A stretch of 64,000 bases of DNA, taken from contig OZ024741.1 of NCBI GenBank assembly GCA_964016885.1, positions 376,712,001 to 376,776,000 of the forward strand, in the 5' to 3' direction. The position numbers and the translations under genes are program-made. The stretch comes from Eledone cirrhosa (lineage: Eukaryota). Position 1 is the first letter of the stretch. Each line of letters opens with the position of its first letter. Under the pieces are notes generated by a model that had not been told where the DNA came from, ran no database searches, and was given only the letters and a program-made list of their open reading frames with translations. Shown piece by piece: positions 54,833 to 64,000 of this stretch.

Positions 54833-55679
54833 CATGTGTGTGTTTTTGTCTGCATTCACACGTACGTGTGTATCTAAATAATGAAAACGAGATAACTTCA
54901 TCAAACTTTTTCTACATTTACAAGGAAACTGGCAGTCCATCATCGAACATCTGAGACACACAAAACATTCAAACAACATTACATAGGAACTGTTAGGTAA
55001 GGCGCATACATTAATATAAAATGTTTTTATAGTTTACAAACACAACAATTTAAAATAAATATGCGGAACTCATTCTTTTCGTTGACATATTACCAAATTG
55101 TTCATCGGAAATTTTACAAGAATCCGATTATACATAATAACCTGTCGCACCAACTATACTGACTGTAAATATTGCATGACATTTTTTACAACCTGATGCA
55201 GTTCACTAACTATTACTTAAATGTTTAATTTTAGAGTATAGTATGTCAGCAAACATATTCTAAATTACAGGATATATCGCGCTGTTACTAAAGGTTGTCT
55301 TTATGTTATTGCGTAATTCCATGTAGAAGCATATGTATCGTTAATCATTTTCAAAGTAGATAAAGTATGTTAATATTTTCTTCATTTGCAGGTGGTGTTA
55401 AACTTACATTTAGTGATATGTTAGAATTCAGAGTTAATGAATTTATTCATGTTTGTGTTCACATTCCATAACGTCACTTCGATTGAACATGCATAGTCGC
55501 GTAACTCCCCATTTGGGTTCGGTTAGCATACTTTAATAATCCTGCAAAGATAAAATAATAAATAAAATTAATGATGTATGCTAGCTGCTGAAACCACAAC
55601 GACACAAACATACACCCATGCACTTCAACACATATCCATATATATATATATAGCCTATATACATAGCCTATATATATAG

Positions 55680-55717
<38 letters not shown>

Positions 55718-55919
55718 CTCTATATACTCGAATATAAGTTGATGCCCCTATTTTATGTCTGAGAAATAGACGAAAGATTAAATCCCTTTTATAAACGGAT
55801 GCAGCTAATCAACAAATATTTGGACGGCGCATATAAGCCAATCTCCTATATAAAATTCATGAGAACTTCAGGAAGCCGGTACAATGCGGTAGGAATATAT
55901 GTATATATATTTTTTCTTC

Positions 55920-56250
55920 ATTTACGTAATTAACAACTCAATATAATTATTCCATTACCTAAGGTTTCAGGAAGCTAGACGATCTTAACAGAAACGTCCG
56001 GTACGTTCATCAGATGCAATATTTATGTTATGGTTATAAGATTTGAAATTGAAATTTATTAAAAAGGAAAGGGAGGCTGAATTAAAATAACGGATAAAAT
56101 GCATGTACAGATACAGATATAGATACATGCACATATACATAACAATAAAATATTTCATCTGTTGAGCATACCGGACGTTTCTGTTGAGATCGTCTAGTTT
56201 CCTGAAACCTTTGGTAATGTAATAATTATATTGAGTTTTCTATTATGTAA
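55920..56250. mobile_element. Inverted-repeat element with an HHR motif in each arm (55948-56021 minus; 56151-56224 plus)
   Basis: Minus strand: TATTGCAT-CTGATGA-...-GAAAC CTTAG GTA-ATGGAATA. The plus copy has CTGTTGA. The base of stem II pairs poorly. Confidence 0.7.
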
Positions 56251-56306
56251 TTATATAGCTCTGTACTATACACAGAATGCTCTTCTTTCCTTTATATTTT
56301 CTATGG

Positions 56307-56355
<49 letters not shown>

Positions 56356-56356
56356 G

Positions 56357-56389
<33 letters not shown>

Positions 56390-56394
56390 GTGAG

Positions 56395-57154
56395 AGAGAG
56401 AATTAGTATATCTACCAACATATGCGTACATATGTACACTAATGCTAGCAAGTACATAAGTTATGTCATAGTACCTAGGTGGTTCAATGCAGGAGGATGC
56501 AGAAAAATTATATGAAAGACGTAAAAGAAGAAAATTAAAAAAAAATTAAAAATTAACTTACTTACTAAAATTTCACTCCAACTAATTAGTTTCTGTAATG
56601 GGATAAAGATAGTTACAGAATGTAACCATCGAGAATTCATTACGTCATCAGGGAGTCTATTCTCAGCTAAGTCTCTAGGCAATGCGCGGACACTAGGGAC
56701 TCATATAAAAATAATAATAATTCGGTGGATGGAACAGCTAGCGGGGACTGAATTCCATGCACTGAAAAAGTTCGCTGTCTCTGGTCAAATGGCAGATTCT
56801 AAAGAATCAATCACGTGACACTGAGGCTAGTCGGAAGGAGTGGGTTGGTAAGATGACAAAAGCCTACTACCACACCAATGAATTAGTAGTGGATTTGGCA
56901 GGTTTGTTCAAAAATTAAATAATTTGGAGATAAATATAGAGAATTAGTATATCTACCAACATATGCGTAGAGATGTACACTAATGCTAGCAAATACATAA
57001 GTTATGTTACAGTACCTAGGTGGTTCAATGCAGGAGGATGCAGAACAATTATATGAAAGACGTAAAATAAGAAAATTAAAAAAAAATTAAAAATTAACTT
57101 ACTTACTAAAATTTTCACTCAAACTAATTAGTTTCTGTAATGGGATAAAGATAG

Positions 57155-57157
<3 letters not shown>
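56395..57157 (-). mobile_element. Retrozyme-like partial tandem (542-bp unit; ~220-bp direct repeats 56397-56615 / 56938-57157)
   Basis: Highly similar direct repeats, no coding capacity, intact HHR crossing the repeat boundary; flanked by (TA)n and (TG)n. Confidence 0.85.
56575..56656 (-). ncRNA. Type I hammerhead ribozyme
   Basis: ACTCC-CTGATGA-CGTAATG..GATGGTTACA TTC TGTAACTATC..CATTACA-GAAAC TAATTA GTT-GGAGT; palindromic stem III AACTAATTAGTT. Confidence 0.85.
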
Positions 57158-57251
<94 letters not shown>

Positions 57252-57282
57252 GTGTGTGTGTGTGTGAAGTGTGTGTGTGTGT
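57158..57282. repeat. (TG)n microsatellite
   Basis: Directly visible. Confidence 0.95.
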
Positions 57283-57649
57283 AAAAACCAAACGGAAATA
57301 ACAAGGCAAATGACACAGTACATTGATACATATATAAACTACGTATTATAGTAAATGATGACAAGAAAAAATATGTTTTTTTTTATTACCCAATATATGT
57401 CCTCATGATATTTCATGGTTAGAAGTTTTTTTCCAAATGCAAGTCAATAACTATGCATTCTTCTTTAACTGGCTAGTTTGTATGGGTGGCGCATGTGTGT
57501 GTGGTACTCATAGAGGTCACCGAAATCCATGTAGCTTCGGTCCATTCTTTGTTTGTAGGTTCTGTGTGGTAATAAATAAATCTGTTTTAATCTTTAAATT
57601 CCCAACATTCCTTTGCATCGCTTCTATGCTCACCTTAATGTCACGGGTG

Positions 57650-58760
57650 CGGCTTTGTCAAGGTGATTTTTGATAACATTATCACATCTACCAACTTTAA
57701 TTGTATGGACTTCACCTCCTCTGACCTTGACAAGATGCTCTCTGTCATGTGCAACACATTCTTCTTTTCGTGTGCTCTACATACAAACTAAACTCGTAAC
57801 TGACGATTCGCTCATGTCTCTCATGTTTGCTAGCCATTGCAAGCATGAACCATACAGCACTAAACCCCTGCCACTCGTACTCCTTTTTCTCTAGGTACGT
57901 GGGCGATATAATGATGCTCACGTTAACACGTGACGAAATCATGAAACTTTACGTCTTCGAAAATGTACACGTATACATAATCTTTGAGGTTTGGCACACG
58001 GATATCACAGGACTTATGCTGCACAATTTTAGACTAAGAATCACAGAGTAGAGATCCATATATACACCAAATTTTAGCGGAAACATGCATGTGGGAACAT
58101 ATTTGTATATCCTGATTTTGCCCTTCCCTATAGAGCCAAAATGGCCTATGTACGGGATGAGATCTTCAGGATATGCAACACGTGGTTTGATGGTAGCGAA
58201 AAATGCACCACTAAGGAAGAATTTCTGAGAGTTCTTACCGAGAACGGCTACACAACGCCTCTCCCCAAACGCCGAGATGCCAAGACACCCATAAAAGAAA
58301 CAAGGGTGACACATGCCTCTATATATATAATATGCTATCTAAACTGCTGTAATTCAATGAAAAGAGGACCACAGGCACAGGAAAAGTTATTCGTAGTTAC
58401 ATATAACTGTCACACTAGGGATCCTCCTCTTTCCAAACCTCGATCTGCATACAATGATATATGCACATTTCCTAACTTCCCAGAACCTAGATGTGTGCAG
58501 GATAGCAATTGTGGTCTACAGGGTCATGTGTAGACGATGTGGCTCCTCATACATTCGATACACTGTCCGGATGTTACACATACGTTTCAAGGAGAACATG
58601 ACAAAGAGAGATTCCTCTGTCAAAGAACACCTTGACAAATGCTGCAACCGAGACATTGAGGTCACCATAGAAGAGAAGGAAAGGAATGTGTCCTCTGTGA
58701 CAGTTCCACCCATGAATAATTCACAGACTCGGACCAGTTAAAGAAGTTTCATCGTTTTTG
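57650..58760 (+). mobile_element. Degenerate PLE (Penelope/Poseidon-like RT plus GIY-YIG)
   Basis: FSRYVGDI (YVDD box), L.ENGY, VVYRVMCRRCGSSYIRYTVRMLHIRFKE..SSVKEHL. Confidence 0.75.
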
Positions 58761-59490
58761 GATTGCAAGTGAGTTATATTGGCTAATATTGGGTATTTTG
58801 TATTTTCTTATTTGTCATCGTTTTATCCAACATTGCCTTTATATATGTATATTCCTTTATCTGCTTATTTGTTGTTCTTGTGGGCTGGTGTCACAGCTGT
58901 ATTCTTTGATTATTTCTTTGCTTTGCAATTTTGTTTATGTGACTAGATTGCATCATCTATGGGACTTTGCTCTGTTCAAGTCGATTATTAATCGTTACAT
59001 ATGTGAACATCAGCCAAGCAATGGGTAGGAAAATATATGTGAATATAGTGCTAGACAAATTTAAGTGTAGGTGTTCACGCTTCCTATGCCCCGAGATGAA
59101 CACAGCCACGGCTCTTGTAAGGCGATTCTGGTTTGGCAATTTAAGGAAACACATTCTCCATTATAATACATAGAGAAGTCCATAAATATCTAGGACAATG
59201 AAGGATCAAAGACATGGGTGGATTTCACCAGTGAGACATAGAATAGGTCAGGATTTGAACCCGCTAAACAAACGAGTTTTCTGGAGTTGTATACATTTAA
59301 AATATATACTTACCCTTTTCATGGAAACAGTAACGATCATACACACAGCCTACACAGATAGAAGTACACAGCCCATCTTAATAATAACTGTAATGCCAAC
59401 GATCTCTATCATAATAACAATATGTTTCTGCTTTCTCAATATATCAACTTATGAATACCCTAATATACATGAACAATACGATCCACTGTT

Positions 59491-60158
59491 TGTACTTACT
59501 TGTACTTGTGTCGACATTCACCCTGGACGGGTTGAGCCGGCTTCTTCCCTTGTCCTGACGGCATCCCGAACCATGGCAGCCCATGCACGACGGTCCCAGG
59601 CTAGGTCTGGAAGGCAAGCGACACTAACGCAGTACCTGGGCAGAGCCTTCATTGTAAGTGCCTGGACACCGTTGTCACGAAGTGTTCAGACGTTCCAGCA
59701 TGCCACCCTCAATTCCTTCCTTCGTCTGCTGGAGTCGTCTGTAGAGCCATAGCGGTAGGAGCACTGTTGCTTTGCATTTCGTTCGTAGCGGGAAGGTAAT
59801 TCGTATTCATAGTTCGTATTTGTAGGATTCATGGAAGAAGTGTCATGGGACTAGTGAATTCACAAGCGGTCCCCCCAAAACCCGCATGTATATCCCGAAC
59901 GAGGGGAAAAAACGCCCTGATTGCTGCAGATTCTCCACAGACGCAGGGACAGAAACGACCCGAAGCCGCCGGTTACCAGACCAGACACCTCTTGGATTTT
60001 CACCAGAGTCTCTTTTGCAGGGTTGCAGCCCTATTACCGCTGGGTGCCAGACCAATCCGCCTTGGGTAGCCCTACCAGGAACCGAAGTTCCCGACGGCAT
60101 AGCTCTGACAATACCCGTGGCCACCGCCTTGCCACGTTGAGGATGGGTTGAACTTTAG
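59491..60158 (-). mobile_element. Bipartite non-autonomous RTE element (5' UTR and APE start fused to ORF 3' end and tail)
   Basis: Minus strand: RTE head motif GAGCTATGCCG..GGTAGGGCTACCCAAGGCGG; VACWNV*TL (APE start); then LAWDRRAWAAMVRDAVRTREEAGSTRPG*; (CAAGTA)n tail; possible TSD ATCCACTGTT / GTCCACTGCT. Confidence 0.75.
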
Positions 60159-60237
60159 GTCCACTGCTACCAAGAACACAATATTTACTTTCTCTACATC
60201 ACCTAATATTTTCGTCTTCTACTCTTGCCCAAAATAA

Positions 60238-60415
60238 TTGTTTCTACTTTTGGCACAAGGCCAGCAATTTCCCATTGCATTACTGGTACTTTATTTTATC
60301 GACCCCGTAATGATGAAAGGCAAAGTTAACCTCCGCGGGATTTGAACTCAGAATAACAAGGGCCGTAACTCTATGCGTCAATGCATGGTGTCCGACCCAC
60401 TACCGATACTGACAA
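60238..60415 (-). mobile_element. SINE copy
   Basis: Close match to 9353-9536. Confidence 0.88.
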
Positions 60416-60427
60416 TATATGTGTGTG

Positions 60428-60460
<33 letters not shown>

Positions 60461-60462
60461 AT

Positions 60463-60943
60463 GCTTTCACCGTATTTTAGACTAAAGAAATTTCTAGCCT
60501 GATAGTGGGGTTTATAACCCTCGGAGAAATGGAAAAAGATGAATGTTGACGTACATGGGAGTCGAACCCACATCTTTGGTTATCCAGACCACTGTGTTAC
60601 CATTACACCAATACACATTTCAAAAACATACTTACATGTTTACGTTTATAATTTGCTTGTTTATCATTCACTTGCTAAGTTCATAGCTTCTAATTCGATT
60701 GGAAGGAGATGGGATGTGTATTGGTATAATGGTACCACAGTGGTCTGGATAACCAAAGATGTGGGTTCGACTCCCATGTACGGCAACACTCATCTTTTTC
60801 CATTTCTCCGAGGGTTATAAACCCCACTATCAGGCTAGAAATTTGTTTAGTCTAAAATACGGTGAAAGCTTATCATTTCTAATTTCAAACTCGCGCACCG
60901 TTTCAAAAACATACTTACATGTTTACGTTTCTAATTTGCTCGT
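60463..60943. mobile_element. TA-flanked element with inverted tRNA-like cassettes (60463-60618 / 60714-60869) and a 43-bp direct repeat (60618-60660 / 60901-60943)
   Basis: Both the inverted and the direct repeat can be read directly. Confidence 0.85.
60713..60786 (+). pseudogene. tRNA-like sequence (mirror copy ~60546-60618 on minus)
   Basis: A-box TGGTATAATGG, anticodon-like arm TGGT CTGGATA ACCA, T-arm GTGGG TTCGACT CCCAT, T5 run just downstream. Acceptor stem imperfect; isotype not assignable. Confidence 0.6.
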
Positions 60944-60970
60944 ATATATATATATATGTATATATATATA

Positions 60971-63900
60971 GTGACGAAACATAAGTCAATTGCATGAACT
61001 CATAATCCTTTATTTACTGCTATATATATTTCGATGATAGCCATTGAATGGCTATGACCTCATCAGGCAGTTAGTCAGTTCTTAGATATGCCAGCTCTGT
61101 GTTTATAGTGTTGATGGTATCAGAGCCTTGGGACATATGAGCTTGTTAGGAATAATTTAATGTTGTCAGCTAGAATAGTCTTGATTCTCATTGGTCAGTT
61201 TGTAGATGGTAGTAGTGTTGTGTATTTGACCTTAAAGAGGCAGGTGGTTTTGTAAAGTTCAAACCGTCAGGCAAGATGACAATTGTTCCATATGACTGAT
61301 TTTCACAAAAGGCATTCCTGGTCAGATATATATTCAATTAAGGTTAATAGTATGAAATAGATACTACAGGTCATTCTTAAACTGAGGAATTTATGTGGAG
61401 TGGTGCTACTGAAATTTATGGTTGGAGTAGAAAAATTTACAGATAAAAAGACTTATGTAGCTTGGCTTGCACTACACTCACACCCACCTCCACAGACACA
61501 CACACACATCCACAGATACAAAATGTGGGGTGGTAATACTTAAAATAATGGTTAGAGTCGAATACTTAGATAGTTTAGAAAATTTAGAAATAAAAGGATT
61601 ATGCTGATTGACTTGTACATACACTCACACCTACCCACTCAGACACTCACACATCTACACACCCAAATCCATACAGGTGTGTATATATATATACATGCAT
61701 GCATGTATGCACGCACAAGTATATATATATATATATAAAATATATACATATACACAGAACATACATATATATAATATATATACATATAAAAATATAAAAA
61801 ATATATATATACATAAAATACACACATACATAAAATATATACACACATAAAACATACATACATATATATATATAAAATACACATGCATATACATATATAT
61901 ATAAAATATATACATACATATACATACATATATATAAAATACACATATATACACATATAAAATATATATATATATATATACATATGATATATATATACAT
62001 ATATATATAAAATCAGATACAATAAAACGTGGTTTAGATGACTCCTAACCAGTAGAGGATCCGGTGGACCATCCACCATAGGGACCACAAACTATTGGTT
62101 ATTGTTGTCCATTGGCCATTGGTACGGGGTGTAGGGGACCTACAGGGGGGGGGGGCGTTGTGGGAGGCCGTAACTGGGCTTTATCCATATAGCTTGAGGA
62201 AAGTTCCCGTCCTTAGGTGTCTGCAGGCACCGATAAGTCGGCCCTTCTGTTTAATAGCTTGGTTTCGCCAAGAAGAATCTCGAGTGTCTCACTAAGACAG
62301 AGGTTGCAAATACCAGACCCGCCTCTGTCTGGGGGAACCTTTCTAACCACGGACCAGACCAGAGAGTGCGGGGTCTTTTCAAGTTTGAGCTTCCAGATCA
62401 ATTCAGAATGGGCCGTACATTTCCTCTTATCTATTCTGTTAAAGGAATGGCGATGGTTATACCACCGATCTTTGAAGCTCGTCGCTGTGGATCCTATGTA
62501 GTCGGGCTGTGAGTGACTTTGCACCTGTAGACCACGTTTTTCGTCATGCATTCATTACTAAGGGGGCATAGTGATGTGTCTCTGCAATTACATGACTTCT
62601 TAAGCCCACCACATGTACCGCGTGGTTACCATCAATCGGGGTTGGCTGGGTAGCCTCTGCAATCAGCACAGGGTCGTTGGGTTCCGATGTGCTAGTTGGG
62701 ACTGTCCGGGTTCCGTTGCGTCCCGCGTGCTGCTTCTGTTGGGTGGCTCCGGGGTTTACGGTGGTATTAGAGGCAGTGAGTCTATTCCTATTTATGCCAG
62801 CTATCTGCTGGGCTACGGAACGTGTGGTTGAGTAGGAAAGTTTCACCGTGTGCCTGTTGAATATTATCTGGTACTTGTGGGCCCTAGGGAAACATTTATC
62901 CAGTACTCTAAAGAATGTTCTGGCCAGGCTGGTACGTAGACCCACCGAGTACGGAGGGTTATACCATGTGACCTTCCTGGTCCTATTCTTGCGGGGTTGT
63001 TGGGTGTCCGCCGTGGGCCATCGCGTGGTTGTGCACAGCTCAGGTCGAGCTCGGTTGGTGTCACTCGGGTGTGCGGAGCGGTCACTATCATGAGGGTTAT
63101 ATGGGCCCACCGTGGGGATATAAATCCGCGAGGTGCGGCCTCCCTGCTCGAATAGCGTTCGGCTGGTGGTGGGGCGCGTGCAGGGGTGCCTATGCTCCGC
63201 AGCACAGTGGTGTTTCGCCTTGTAGGTATGCGGGACCTTCTACCGGAGGTGGTGACGCATAAGGGTCTGGGAGTGTTACTACTGGTCACCGAGGTTTTAG
63301 GTGGGCGACTCATGCCCCTGAGCGTATTGGTCCGGGGTACCCTTGAGTCATCTCGATCATGCCCCTTAGGGTTATAGCTGATCCTATCGCTGTGGGACGC
63401 CTTAGCTAGCGCTGAGTTATAGTAATCAGCGGTACTATTGAAGATCTCATTATTGGCCGACAAGTTAGAGATCCTGTCAGAGAGACTCTTAACTACGGCC
63501 TTAATTATAGATCTATGGTGATTAGACCCAGCATTGATATAGACCAGCTTCTCAATGGGTTTATGATATGGGTGGTGTAGCTTGGTGTTGAGGTTGAGGG
63601 TGGTGTCCAGGAAATTCAATACTTTTCTATTGGGTTCCATCTCTACCTTAAGTTCTAACTTGCTAAAAAGTGCCTAATTCTCCTCTTCATATTTTCGACC
63701 ATTGTGGTGCTGTGGTCCACTACGGTGAAGACTGCGTCGTCTCGGTACAGCCCGCTACCCAGGTTGGTATTTCTCTCCTGATCTCGTAGAGTATTTATAT
63801 CCCAACCAAGTCCGTTAGCTGCGCGGAGTCACTGGAGCCCATTGTAATGTCACAATTATTTGGCCAGTCGCTCCGTGTCCATATGTCCCCACCGAATTGG

Positions 63901-64000
63901 ATCAGGGTCTTTCTGGCAGCGTGTATGATTCGGACCTCGTCGTGTATTAGGTCTGTCCTATTCATCGCGAATATGAGTGGCTTGTTCAGGACTATGGGCG
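60971..64000 (-). mobile_element. Naiad-like PLE (RT, linker, GIY-YIG, long 3' UTR, HHR), continuing beyond the window; disrupted ORF
   Basis: DITMGSSDSAQLTDLVG, GLYRDDAV, NFLDTTLNL, SNHH, VTWYNPPYS...IFNRHTVKLSYS, CNCRDTSLCPLSNECMTKNVVYRC, YIGSTATSFKDRWYNH, CNLCLSE; ends at (TA)n. Linking the HHR end to the ORF across internal TA-rich tracts is an inference. Confidence 0.9.
61016..61071 (-). ncRNA. Type I hammerhead ribozyme
   Basis: ACTGC-CTGATGA-GGTCATAGCCAT TCA ATGGCTATCATC-GAAA TATATA TA-GCAGT, then AATAAA. Confidence 0.88.

Noticed and set aside
60713-60786. Functional tRNA gene
   Set aside because: Imperfect acceptor stem, pyrimidine at position 37, and location inside an inverted repeat element.

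Overview
AT-rich, microsatellite-dense animal non-coding DNA, most likely cephalopod (Octopus-like, inferred from the SINE, RTE and Tx1 families and the (TA)n/(CA)n density). I cannot support any intact host gene; most track ORFs are translated microsatellites. The window holds decayed retroelements: four Tx1/L1-clade LINE copies (one near full length, 45.1-50.9 kb), an R4/Dong-like element, an RTE LINE, a bipartite non-autonomous RTE, several SINEs and at least six Penelope-like element (PLE) remnants, four of them Naiad-like with GIY-YIG and/or RT sequence. The main signal is non-coding. About 15 type I hammerhead ribozyme (HHR) motifs, folded by eye, lie in short or long inserts that are nearly all bounded by (TA)n tracts. 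These inserts are fold-back palindromes (0.2-6 kb), a 542-bp partial tandem that resembles a retrozyme, a ~190-bp hairpin family present three times, and a tRNA-like cassette with the same layout. Together they suggest a (TA)n-targeting PLE system with many ribozyme-bearing non-autonomous passengers, some nested inside one another. All structures and family names come from manual reading and need computational confirmation.
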